Shown here piece after piece: positions 45,021-53,330 of a stretch of DNA of 64,000 bases. The stretch is from a virus. Its lineage: Duplodnaviria > Caudoviricetes. The notes beneath the pieces are model-generated. The model was not told the origin of the DNA and ran no database searches. It worked only from the letters and a program-made list of their open reading frames with translations. How positions within the stretch are numbered: the stretch's first letter is position 1; each line of letters begins with the position of its first letter. The translations under genes and the position numbers were made by a program. The DNA is taken from IMG/VR virus record IMGVR_UViG_2788499951_000002, positions 32,001 to 96,000 of that record. The stretch is one strand, 5' to 3'.

Positions 45021-45049
45021 TTGACTTCTGGAACCGGATAGTCGATACT
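45021..45049 (+). promoter_or_regulatory. Sigma70-type promoter
   Basis: TTGACT-N17-GATACT upstream of the ORF at 45095. Confidence 0.6.
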
Positions 45050-45094
45050 GCAGTTGTTCCACATCAAACATTCTCCCGAACGCAGAGGTTCAAC

Positions 45095-45616
45095 ATGAAC
45101 TATCTTCAGAATCACATCTACTGCCATGATTCGAACTGGGGTGGTGGTTATGACTGCCGACATGTTGTCACAATCAGCTCTTACGAAGATCATGACGTTG
45201 AAGACTGGGAGAATCTCTTCCTGACTGAAACGGTTGATGTGTTCCGAGCTGAAGAGTACAACCGGATGCGTGAGTTCGATCAGGATACTCCTGAGGAGCG
45301 GTTGAAGCGATACTACACCACTCCCGTCCGTCGCCTCAACCCCGAGGTGCTTGAGTGGCTGGAGGAGAATGTGAAAGACCGTCCAGCTCGTCAGGCTGAA
45401 CACTCCGGTGAAAGTCCGAAAGGATGGTGCATTCCCTCTCTTGAAACCAGAGCGATGTGCACAACCGGTATGAGCTTCTACTTCCATACTCGTGGCAGTG
45501 CGATGAACTTCATCCGCCGCTTCAGTAAGTGGAAGAAGCCGGTACACTACTGCCAGTACTTCACAGATGTGCGCAAGACGTTGGATCTGGAGACAGGCAA
45601 GTACGTGAAAGAATGA
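45095..45616 (+). CDS. Hypothetical protein inserted in the tRNA cluster
   Basis: Start moved to ATG 45095 (GAGG RBS), because the track start at 44948 lies inside tRNA-Asn. Confidence 0.7.
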   Translation: MNYLQNHIYCHDSNWGGGYDCRHVVTISSYEDHDVEDWENLFLTETVDVFRAEEYNRMREFDQDTPEERLKRYYTTPVRRLNPEVLEWLEENVKDRPARQAEHSGESPKGWCIPSLETRAMCTTGMSFYFHTRGSAMNFIRRFSKWKKPVHYCQYFTDVRKTLDLETGKYVKE

Positions 45617-45623
45617 TAGAAAT

Positions 45624-45698
45624 GCCTCGTTAGTTCAATGGTAGAATACTGCGCTTCCAACGCAGTGATAGGGATTCGAATTCTCCTACGAGGCTCCA
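45624..45698 (+). tRNA. tRNA-Gly(TCC)
   Basis: GCCTCGT/ACGAGGC, CTGCG-CT TCC AA-CGCAG, U73, CCA; irregular T-stem. Confidence 0.85.
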
Positions 45699-45703
45699 AA
45701 CTT

Positions 45704-45779
45704 GGAACTTTAGCTCAGACGGTAGAGCGGTGGTTTGAAAATCCACAGGTCGCTGATTCGATTTCAGCAGGTTCCACCA
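45704..45779 (+). tRNA. tRNA-Phe(GAA)
   Basis: GGAACTT/AGGTTCC, GTGGT-TT GAA AA-TCCAC (U-U at 31-39), A73, CCA. Confidence 0.85.
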
Positions 45780-45782
45780 AAT

Positions 45783-45859
45783 AGCGGGGTAGCTCAGCGG
45801 TCAGAGCAGATGGCTCATAACCATCAGGTCGAGTGTTCGAATCACTCCCTCCGCTACCA
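45783..45859 (+). tRNA. tRNA with CAT anticodon (elongator Met or Ile2)
   Basis: AGCGGGG acceptor strand, GATGG-CT CAT AA-CCATC, GAGTG-TTCGAAT-CACTC, ACCA. Confidence 0.85.
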
Positions 45860-46340
45860 TACCGATGTCCACATGGGGCAATAAGAGCCGAAGTGTCGAC
45901 ATTGAAGTACGTGCATTCATAGATGGGTTATGCACGCTAAACAAACAACCCATCACGACGCCGCCCTAGAGCTTCCTCTCCCATACATTGTTGGTGATGA
46001 AACTAGGTAAGAAGATGTAGCCGTTTAGGCACTTGCCACCACCGATGTGCCAATTGCTGTGTGCATGTTGGTCTTTGTCGCTCGCTGAATCAAGTAGGTT
46101 GGTGAGGTGGCTTCTAAAGAGGCCGGAGGACGCTCCGGAAGTCGTGGACTGTCAGATCTGACGCCCTCCCCCGCACACTTACGGTGCGGCCATTGTTGGG
46201 TATTGACCGGCATATTCTGCGCAGTTGGAAGGGTATATCCGTCCCCAGATGTGAATCCGTTTGCATCAGAATCGGTATACTGGTCCACCCGTGGCCGAAT
46301 CAGTACACACGGGGAGTGACATGGTCATGAACATGTTGCG
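45860..46340 (+). ncRNA. Large structured non-coding RNA candidate (multi-pseudoknot), family not identified
   Basis: No convincing ORF; nested long-range helices close the 5' and 3' ends; three pseudoknots and several hairpins found by hand (see findings); bounded by a tRNA 3' end and a terminator. Confidence 0.7.
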
Positions 46341-46346
46341 CAAATC

Positions 46347-46371
46347 AGCCCTCGCATATGAGGGCTTTTTT
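46347..46371 (+). terminator. Rho-independent terminator
   Basis: AGCCCTC-GCATAT-GAGGGCT-TTTTT. Confidence 0.9.
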
Positions 46372-46382
46372 GTGTCTGAATG

Positions 46383-46411
46383 TTGACCCCGTCCTTGGAT
46401 TGTCGTATAGT
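46383..46411 (+). promoter_or_regulatory. Sigma70-type promoter
   Basis: TTGACC-N17-TATAGT. Confidence 0.7.
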
Positions 46412-46434
46412 ACCCAGTAACAAAGGAGGCCACC

Positions 46435-46734
46435 ATGAGTGACATGATTACCGAAACCGTTTCATCCTGTGCATATCGGGAGTTCCAGAACCGCTATGAC
46501 GTCTTCGTCGAGAAGGGAGAGATCCAGCCACTGTTTCATGATCTCCCTGTTGACAAATACTCCCAGTCACTGTATGCTGGTGACCAGATCGAGGACATCC
46601 TTGATGCCATCTATCTTCAAGGTGTGACTGATCTTGGCAAACTGATGGCTGTATCTCGGGGCTTCATCAACCCCATGCTCATCATCAATGAACTGAACCA
46701 CTTCACCTCGTGGTCAAACGGAGAAACCCAATGA
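46435..46734 (+). CDS. Hypothetical protein
   Basis: AAGGAGG RBS, own promoter. Confidence 0.7.
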   Translation: MSDMITETVSSCAYREFQNRYDVFVEKGEIQPLFHDLPVDKYSQSLYAGDQIEDILDAIYLQGVTDLGKLMAVSRGFINPMLIINELNHFTSWSNGETQ

Positions 46735-47312
46735 TCGATTCAACTGCCATGCACTCCATCGTCACCGAGATTCTCTCTGTCTCTCGAGCCATCAATCAGA
46801 ACCGCAACATCGAGGGTGTCAATCTTGCGCTGATGTCCGAGGTTGGTGAACTGGCTGAGGAGATCCGCATCAAAGAATACCCCTTCCACAAGAAGGCAGG
46901 GAAGGATGGCATCATCGGGGAGGCGGCTGATGTTGTCATCGCGACCACTGACATGATCTACATCTCCGGACAGTCGGAACTCGTCGACAATGAGGCATAC
47001 TTCTTCTCGTATGACGCCGATGACGAGAAGTATTCAGGTTACGTTCTGGGGTGGACAGGAGAGGCGATATTCGGTGATGACGACATCACCACTGCGCAGA
47101 CTCTGGCAGACATGGCGACCGGCTCAGGGGCCATGTTCGCCATCCCCTTTGCACCTGATGAGAACAAGAAACTGGCACTCGTCGGTGACGCAGCCGCTGC
47201 GATCCTGAATGCTGTCATGATGCTCTCTCGCAAGGAAGGATTCGATTTTGATGAATTCGCTGAGATCATCACCGACAAGCTGGAAAAATGGAAGACCAAT
47301 TACTCAAACTGA
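46731..47312 (+). CDS. MazG-like nucleotide pyrophosphohydrolase
   Basis: LMSEVGELAEE...IGEAADV acidic motif and terminal KLEKW; start at ATG 46731 (ATGA overlap). Confidence 0.75.
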   Translation: MIDSTAMHSIVTEILSVSRAINQNRNIEGVNLALMSEVGELAEEIRIKEYPFHKKAGKDGIIGEAADVVIATTDMIYISGQSELVDNEAYFFSYDADDEKYSGYVLGWTGEAIFGDDDITTAQTLADMATGSGAMFAIPFAPDENKKLALVGDAAAAILNAVMMLSRKEGFDFDEFAEIITDKLEKWKTNYSN

Positions 47313-47315
47313 GTG

Positions 47316-47344
47316 TTGACAGCAAGATCGACCTGATGTAACAT
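47316..47344 (+). promoter_or_regulatory. Sigma70-type promoter
   Basis: TTGACA-N17-TAACAT. Confidence 0.65.
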
Positions 47345-47395
47345 TCATCATGTTGAAGCAAGTACCAAACCAGACCAAACGAAAAGGAACACATC

Positions 47396-47812
47396 ATGTC
47401 CAAGACCAAACAAGGCCAGTCTCAGTCCGCACAGTATGCCACCTACAAGAACTCTGGTCGTTATGCGAAGAATCGCATTGCGAAGCTGGAGCGTCACCTC
47501 AAGAAGCATCCTGAGGATGGGGCGGCTGCCAAGGCTCTGGCGAATGCCAAGGGTTCCTCCCCGCGTCGCAAGACTCCGAACAACAAGGTCTGGAGTTCCA
47601 CCGCACGCCAGAAGGCCCAGCTGTACAAGATGGCTGGTTTGAACGGCAACATCGGTCTCGGTGGTAAGATGGAGGCAGACCACAAGGACAGTCTGATCGG
47701 CTATGGTCTCGAGATCGCCACCCATCGCGACACTTCCTACGGGAAGGAACAGAAAGCAGAGAAGGCGAAGAAGGCCAAGGCTGCAGCGAAAGGCTCCAAG
47801 AAGACCAAGTGA
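47396..47812 (+). CDS. Highly basic Lys/Ala-rich protein (putative nucleic-acid binding)
   Basis: NRIAKLERHLKKHP motif and KAEKAKKAKAAAK tail; monocistronic between a promoter and a terminator-like hairpin. Confidence 0.7.
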   Translation: MSKTKQGQSQSAQYATYKNSGRYAKNRIAKLERHLKKHPEDGAAAKALANAKGSSPRRKTPNNKVWSSTARQKAQLYKMAGLNGNIGLGGKMEADHKDSLIGYGLEIATHRDTSYGKEQKAEKAKKAKAAAKGSKKTK

Positions 47813-47826
47813 GTCTATGACCTCGA

Positions 47827-47850
47827 AAGCCCCTCCCCGTGAGGGGCTTT
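47827..47850 (+). terminator. Terminator-like hairpin
   Basis: AAAGCCCCTC-CCCGT-GAGGGGCTTT. Confidence 0.75.
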
Positions 47851-47916
47851 CCTCGTTTCAGGGTAGACAAACCGAACTTAGTGTTGTATCATTCCCACAT
47901 CATCAAAGGAGACCCC

Positions 47917-48849
47917 ATGAAAAAGCTAAAGTCACTGCTCGTTGAGAAGTATCGTCCCACCACCATGGAAGAATATGTCTTTCCCGATGAGGAGACACAG
48001 CAACTGGCTCAGGGCTGGGTCGATAGCGGACAGATCCCCAACCTGATGCTCTCCGGCTCTGCAGGCGTCGGCAAGACGACATTGGTCCGTGTTCTCATCA
48101 ATGAACTTGGCATCCAGCCTTCCGATGTGAAGCAATTCAACGCGTCCGAGAAGGGTATCGACTATGTCCGTGATGTGATCCAACCGTGGACAATGAAGAC
48201 CTCATTCTCTGGGTTCAAGGTCGTGGTGATGGAAGAGGCAGATGCCCTGTCACCTCAGGCCCAGAAGGCACTCCGCGCGATCACCGAGGAGAACACAGAT
48301 TCGGTCCGTTGGGTGATCACCTGTAACTATCCGAAGAACGTCATTCCACCATTGCACTCGCGTTTCCAGCATATCCACATCGACAGTATGAACGAGCCAG
48401 ATGTGATCGATATGGTAGCGGGTATCATGGAGAAGGAAGGACTTGACGTGGAGCAGAATGACCACTTCTTCACACACATCGACGCATACAAGCCGGACAT
48501 CCGCAAGATCCTCAATTCAATCGATCAACACGCTCATGAAGGGTTTGTTGCCCCTCTCCGTGGTGTTAGTGAGTCATCCGACATCGACGAGTGGGAAACC
48601 CTCTGGTCCAGTGAGGGTGAACTGGATCTCGACAAGGCGATGGCCATTGCTGATTATGCCGACGGGAACAACTTCGACAATCTGTATCGCGTGATGTATG
48701 AGAACCATCACAAGTTCAGTGATGTTGGATCTGCGATGGTTCACCTGAGCACCTATCTGGATCGTGCTCAGACATCAGCAAACCAGCCCCTGCATCTCAA
48801 GGCGTTCCTCTATCACGTGTTCGTCGTTGAAGGGGGTGATGATGAGTGA
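47917..48849 (+). CDS. Clamp loader large subunit (gp44/RFC-like)
   Basis: VEKYRP, PNLMLSGSAGVGKTT, NAS, EEADAL, TCNY, LHSRF; start at ATG 47917 after AAGGAG. Confidence 0.95.
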   Translation: MKKLKSLLVEKYRPTTMEEYVFPDEETQQLAQGWVDSGQIPNLMLSGSAGVGKTTLVRVLINELGIQPSDVKQFNASEKGIDYVRDVIQPWTMKTSFSGFKVVVMEEADALSPQAQKALRAITEENTDSVRWVITCNYPKNVIPPLHSRFQHIHIDSMNEPDVIDMVAGIMEKEGLDVEQNDHFFTHIDAYKPDIRKILNSIDQHAHEGFVAPLRGVSESSDIDEWETLWSSEGELDLDKAMAIADYADGNNFDNLYRVMYENHHKFSDVGSAMVHLSTYLDRAQTSANQPLHLKAFLYHVFVVEGGDDE

Positions 48850-49261
48850 TCTTCATCGATTCTTTGATGCGATGAATGCAGGAGATTACGGGTATGTGGA
48901 TCGTATGGGGGACGATGAGGTCAAGAAGGTGTCCCCCTTCGTGATGCTGATGTGGATGCAGGGAGCCAAGACATGCACAGCCTACCACACCATCATGACG
49001 GACATGTTCTGCAACGGGGTAGTGTTCAGCCTCAACAAGCACCCCAGACTGCTCCTGAAGCTCTTTGTGGCGGCGAACTCGGACATGGGGGACACGCGGT
49101 ATGGGTTCGTCAAGCCACCCAAGAAGGAAGCCGAGAAGCACCTGAAGTTGATCGCTCATCACTATCAGGTCTCATTGAGAGAGGCGAAGGATTACGATAT
49201 GATCCTGACTGATGAAGACCGCAAGTACCTAGAATCCATGTACGGGGATATCGACATATGA
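48842..49261 (+). CDS. Clamp loader small subunit (gp62-like)
   Basis: SPFV...HP.L..KL...IAHHYQVSLREAKDY..IL pattern; overlaps the gp44-like gene. Confidence 0.75.
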   Translation: MSDLHRFFDAMNAGDYGYVDRMGDDEVKKVSPFVMLMWMQGAKTCTAYHTIMTDMFCNGVVFSLNKHPRLLLKLFVAANSDMGDTRYGFVKPPKKEAEKHLKLIAHHYQVSLREAKDYDMILTDEDRKYLESMYGDIDI

Positions 49262-49947
49262 AGAATCTGAACGAGTTCAAGGAAATCAGTGAGATCTTCG
49301 AGGGTAAGGAACTCATCCATCACAGCGACACCGATTTCGAGTGCCCAGTGTGTGGCAAGCACTACAAGACTGAGAAGGGAGCCATCAAGCACCTAAGTTC
49401 TCGGTCTTGTGCGAAGAAACAGGATATCTTTGGTGGGTCCATGTATGAGAGCAACGCATTCATCATGTACACCAACATCGTCCATGACATGAAGCCGAAC
49501 GCCCGAGTCACGATCAAGACCTTCAGAAAGTCACCGATGTACGGACTTGTCATCGACTTCGTCCTCTCGACATCTCTGTTCGAGATCAAGGATCGCGGGC
49601 TATACTTCTCATACCTGCGGGACATTCGTGATCTGCATCCAAACAGCGCATTGAAGGCTGGCACCGAGGAAACAAACGCACGGGAGTTCCGGACGTTCCT
49701 GCAGGTCTACCCGAAGTATGTTGACAGTGCCAAGTTCTTCGGCCAGTATGGTGATGACCTGATCGAAGACGATGAGTTCTTGGTACGGTCTATCGAGAAG
49801 TCAGACATCACCCTGCGCTGGCTCATGGACTGCAGGAAGCACAACTTCGAGAAGATGCTGGATGAACTCCCGATTGGCCTGTCGATGCGAATTGACGCGG
49901 TCGTAACAGCAATGTCAGAGATGGAGAAAGCACATGCGAACCTCTGA
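49258..49947 (+). CDS. Hypothetical protein with a C2H2-like zinc finger
   Basis: FECPVCGKHYKTEKGAIKHLSSRSC. Confidence 0.65.
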   Translation: MKNLNEFKEISEIFEGKELIHHSDTDFECPVCGKHYKTEKGAIKHLSSRSCAKKQDIFGGSMYESNAFIMYTNIVHDMKPNARVTIKTFRKSPMYGLVIDFVLSTSLFEIKDRGLYFSYLRDIRDLHPNSALKAGTEETNAREFRTFLQVYPKYVDSAKFFGQYGDDLIEDDEFLVRSIEKSDITLRWLMDCRKHNFEKMLDELPIGLSMRIDAVVTAMSEMEKAHANL

Positions 49948-51160
49948 ATCCCGTCTGGTGACACATCGCCAGCATCCGACTCTCCCGATTGAGATTCGGT
50001 CATACAACAAGCGAGCCTTCTTTCGCAAGGCTTGGAACGAAGAGACCATCAACTCACGTGGTCACGTGGTCACGCTCGATGGGACTCCTGTGTCCCGCCC
50101 GTTCACCAAGTTCCTGAATATCGGTGAGACGGACGAGTTCTCTCGGGAGAATGTTGAGCGTATGATCGAACTCCATCGAGATGAAGTCCTCTTCAATCCA
50201 AAGTTGAATGGGCACTTCGCTCAGCTCTTCGAATACGAGGGGCAGTGGATCAATACGACCAAGGGATCGTTCGAGCACGACTTCATCGAGCCAGACCGAG
50301 CACTCATTGAGCGTGCTGGATTGACGGATGATGCACTCGCACGAATGAATCCAAACTGGACGTTCCTCTTCGAGATCCTCGGTAACCATGATCGCCACAT
50401 GTTGCACGATATCGATGTGGAGTCATATGCCCACGAGGGGGAATCTGAAACCGCTGTCATCATTGGGGTGTTTGATCGTCAGACATGGTCAGAAGTGCCT
50501 GAGCGTGAAGTCTTTGAGGTTTTGCGCAAGACAGCTGACGTCTTGGATCTCCCGATCCCGCCGATGGTGGAGGGATTCACATATGGTGAAGTTGCATCGG
50601 CTCTGTTGGATCTGAATGAGGATAGGGCCACACCCTCCCAGATTCTGGATGCCCTGTATGATTCAGTGAATTGTGAGGGCATGGTGATCCAGATCCCGTC
50701 ACTGTGTTGGAGGGTGAAGCTGAAGACTCACTGGTTCATCCGGAATCGTTACATGCGCCAGATGACCAACACTCGGGTAGCTCAGATCATCAAGAAGCAG
50801 CGTGAAGACGAGAAGATCTATGCTCGCATCCCCGAGGAATTGCATGATGAGATGGACGAGATCATGTATGGGGTGAAGAATCAACATCGTATCTTCCTCG
50901 AGGAATTTCACCACCTGTCGACCTGCCTGCATGATGAGGGGTTTGTCACCAAGGACGAAATGATCGATGAGTATCGCCGGACCAGTGATGTGGAATCATC
51001 AGACGTCTGGATCACCACCAGCCGTACAATCGACCTGATCATGTTCAAGGCATTCTTCACTGGACATGACGCACTGTTCGATGCTACAGTCGACATGTAC
51101 ATGGCGGCAACGCCGGAACATTCACTGGTTCGAAACCACATGAGAGAGGATTTGTTATGA
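49934..51160 (+). CDS. RNA ligase 1-like (T4 Rnl1 family)
   Basis: SRG, PFTKFLNIGE, motif I KLNG, TKGSF, TFLFE, motif IV EGMV, motif V VKLK. Confidence 0.9.
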   Translation: MRTSESRLVTHRQHPTLPIEIRSYNKRAFFRKAWNEETINSRGHVVTLDGTPVSRPFTKFLNIGETDEFSRENVERMIELHRDEVLFNPKLNGHFAQLFEYEGQWINTTKGSFEHDFIEPDRALIERAGLTDDALARMNPNWTFLFEILGNHDRHMLHDIDVESYAHEGESETAVIIGVFDRQTWSEVPEREVFEVLRKTADVLDLPIPPMVEGFTYGEVASALLDLNEDRATPSQILDALYDSVNCEGMVIQIPSLCWRVKLKTHWFIRNRYMRQMTNTRVAQIIKKQREDEKIYARIPEELHDEMDEIMYGVKNQHRIFLEEFHHLSTCLHDEGFVTKDEMIDEYRRTSDVESSDVWITTSRTIDLIMFKAFFTGHDALFDATVDMYMAATPEHSLVRNHMREDLL

Positions 51161-52353
51161 TTATCATCCTTCGGGGAGTGTCTGGGGCGGGGAAGGATTC
51201 CACCATTGCCGCACTCCCCTCACTGAAGCATATGGTGATCTCGAGTGATGACTATCGGGAACGATGGTTTGGGACTCGAGATCTCCCACCCAATGCGACC
51301 TCAATGATCTGGGGCAAGATGAAGGCTGAACTCGAAGAACGATGTTTGCGGGGACAGAACACGATCATCAACGCGACCAACTGCAGCCTGAAGAGCATCA
51401 ATGGCTGGACCAAGATTGGTCTCAAGTATGGCCATGCATGTCATGTGATCAGTATCGATGTACCGCTTCACGTTCTCAACGAGCGACTGGAGGAGCGACG
51501 TGCCAATGGTGTCTTCGCTAAGGCTCCTTTCTCGTTCGTCGAGAATATGCATCGCAAGTTCATTGAGGCGAACACTGCGATCCAGAAGACCTTCGGTGAT
51601 CGCCATCATATGGTGAATGACTGCATCGATGCTGCATTGGTCATCTCCGACCTCATCGCGAACCATAACGTGATCACCGTGCAAAAGAAGTTCGAGGATA
51701 AAATCTTCGTCATCGGTGATATCCATGGTGAGGTTGAAAAGCTGGATGAGTTGCTATCTCGCTACCTTCCGTGGGATGCCATGTTCTACACGCTGGGCGA
51801 TGTGATCGACCGTGGTCCGTCTTCCGTTGGTGTTCTGAGGAGACTGTCATCCGAATTCCGGTGGCGTGGTGCGATTCGTGGTAACCATGAATCTGCATTC
51901 ATCTCTGAGCGGCTTCAGGGTACGCCCTGCCGGTCCAAGGCACGTCAGAACACTCACCTTGAGTTCGACGCATTGAAGCCAAAAGAGCAGGAAAAGCTGA
52001 CCATGTTGATGGCGACGTTCACTCCGTTCCTGCGTCTGGAAGGGGAGGATAAGCGGATCCTGTTGACTCATGCAGGGTCATCATTGACTCGCCAGTCCGA
52101 CCTGTTCCGTCTGTCAGCATTCCCTGTATCAGGGGATCACATGCTGCGTATTGATGACTGGGAGCCGGAAGGTGCCTCCGACTCAATCACGCATCAGGTC
52201 CATGGTCATTCGTCTTGGACATACACTGGTGACTTCTCCGGTCCGGTCGTGAATATCGACTCTGGGTGCGGGAAGACCGAAGAGGACGAGAGTGGGTCAC
52301 CTCGAACCCTGACGGCTTATAACCCCTTCACAGGTGAGACAATCACCGTATGA
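51157..52353 (+). CDS. Polynucleotide kinase fused to a metallophosphoesterase (Pnkp-like end-healing enzyme)
   Basis: P-loop GVSGAGK, ISSDDYR, NATN; then GDIHG, GDVIDRG, GNHE, THAG, HGH, NIDSG. Confidence 0.9.
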   Translation: MIIILRGVSGAGKDSTIAALPSLKHMVISSDDYRERWFGTRDLPPNATSMIWGKMKAELEERCLRGQNTIINATNCSLKSINGWTKIGLKYGHACHVISIDVPLHVLNERLEERRANGVFAKAPFSFVENMHRKFIEANTAIQKTFGDRHHMVNDCIDAALVISDLIANHNVITVQKKFEDKIFVIGDIHGEVEKLDELLSRYLPWDAMFYTLGDVIDRGPSSVGVLRRLSSEFRWRGAIRGNHESAFISERLQGTPCRSKARQNTHLEFDALKPKEQEKLTMLMATFTPFLRLEGEDKRILLTHAGSSLTRQSDLFRLSAFPVSGDHMLRIDDWEPEGASDSITHQVHGHSSWTYTGDFSGPVVNIDSGCGKTEEDESGSPRTLTAYNPFTGETITV

Positions 52354-52368
52354 ACTGATACACTACTT

Positions 52369-52393
52369 GCCTCTCCTCGTGAGAGGCTTTTTT
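52369..52393 (+). terminator. Rho-independent terminator
   Basis: GCCTCTC-CTCGT-GAGAGGC-TTTTTT. Confidence 0.85.
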
Positions 52394-52408
52394 GGTTAAA
52401 GGAGACCA

Positions 52409-53014
52409 TTGATGACTGAGATTCGGAGAACGTTCGACGTCGACATTGACGTCAAATCCAACATGGATAAGTCAGACTTCGGGACGAGAGGTATGGTGTA
52501 CAACGAGGACACTGCAAAGATCATCCCCCACCCCTCTGCATTCTTTCTTGAGTTCGTCCCAGTGGACCCACTCACGGGTAATGCTGCAATCGATCATAAG
52601 TATGCAGAGGCACAGGGGTTCATGAAGGTCGACCTTCTGTCCAACACCACCTATGACAGTTTCAGGTCAAAGAAGGAGGTGCTGATGTCCTTGGAGAAGG
52701 AACCGGATTGGTCGATGTTGGAAGACAGGGAATTCGTTGAGACGCTCCCTCATCTGGGAAAGCACTTTGAGATCGTGCAGAGACTCGAACCGCGTTCGAT
52801 TGAAGACATAGCAGACGTTCTAGCACTCATCAGGCCGGGCAAAACACACCTGATCGATGCATATCAACGCAATAAGGCTGATGTTCGTGTCAACTTGTAC
52901 AAAAGACCGAATGATGGGCAGATGTACTTCAAGAAGTCACACGCCATCAGCTACGCTGCGATGATCGTGTGCACTATGAATCGGAAGTCTGGGAGAAATA
53001 TAATCCTTTGGTGA
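52409..53014 (+). CDS. Minimal DnaE (Pol III alpha)-like polymerase, subunit 2 (catalytic Asp triad)
   Basis: FDVDIDV, HPSA, GFMKVDLL, LALIRPG and FKKSHAISYA correspond to DnaE PDxDxD, HAGG, KxDxLG, ALxRPG and FNKSHxxxY. Confidence 0.9.
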   Translation: MMTEIRRTFDVDIDVKSNMDKSDFGTRGMVYNEDTAKIIPHPSAFFLEFVPVDPLTGNAAIDHKYAEAQGFMKVDLLSNTTYDSFRSKKEVLMSLEKEPDWSMLEDREFVETLPHLGKHFEIVQRLEPRSIEDIADVLALIRPGKTHLIDAYQRNKADVRVNLYKRPNDGQMYFKKSHAISYAAMIVCTMNRKSGRNIILW

Positions 53015-53318
53015 TTCGACTGCGTTGGTGTCGTATCACGGTCGTCTCGATGTTGACAGAGGAATCAATGATACTGCGGCGCGGGATGAGAATGACATCG
53101 ATGTCAAAATCCGGATAGTAGAGTGCCTTGAAGATGGAGAACCGCATGCCCTGTGTTGACATTCGCCAACTGGTGACCACCAGAATCAGATCAGGGCATG
53201 TGTTGTTGGTAAGATCATAGAATGTGACGTGTTTCTTGTTGGAGTAATCGATGACACCGTGATAGACTCCGTCTGTCGTGGTGATTGAGTCTAAAAGACT
53301 CTCGCTATTTGAATTCAT
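52974..53318 (-). CDS. Hypothetical protein under a late promoter
   Basis: 114-aa ORF with an exact TATAAATA about 50 nt upstream on the minus strand. Confidence 0.6.
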   Translation of the reverse strand: MNSNSESLLDSITTTDGVYHGVIDYSNKKHVTFYDLTNNTCPDLILVVTSWRMSTQGMRFSIFKALYYPDFDIDVILIPRRSIIDSSVNIETTVIRHQRSRITKGLYFSQTSDS

Positions 53319-53330
53319 GAGGGAACCTTA

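Noticed and set aside
44948-45094. N-terminal extension of the 222-aa ORF
   Set aside because: Overlaps tRNA-Asn and a promoter; ATG 45095 has an RBS.
46141-46245. Group I intron core (GGACTG...GGGTATATCC resembles R/S elements)
   Set aside because: P7 pairing does not close properly and no interrupted host gene flanks the region.
45875-46340. tmRNA (GGGGC...TCGAC start followed by a pseudoknot)
   Set aside because: No T-arm or acceptor 3' end with CCA and no convincing tag reading frame; the GGGG pairs internally instead. Kept as an unidentified ncRNA.
40948-53014. DnaE pseudogene fragments or split-intein DnaE
   Set aside because: Both ORFs have an RBS, intact catalytic motifs with compact deletions between them, and no intein termini.
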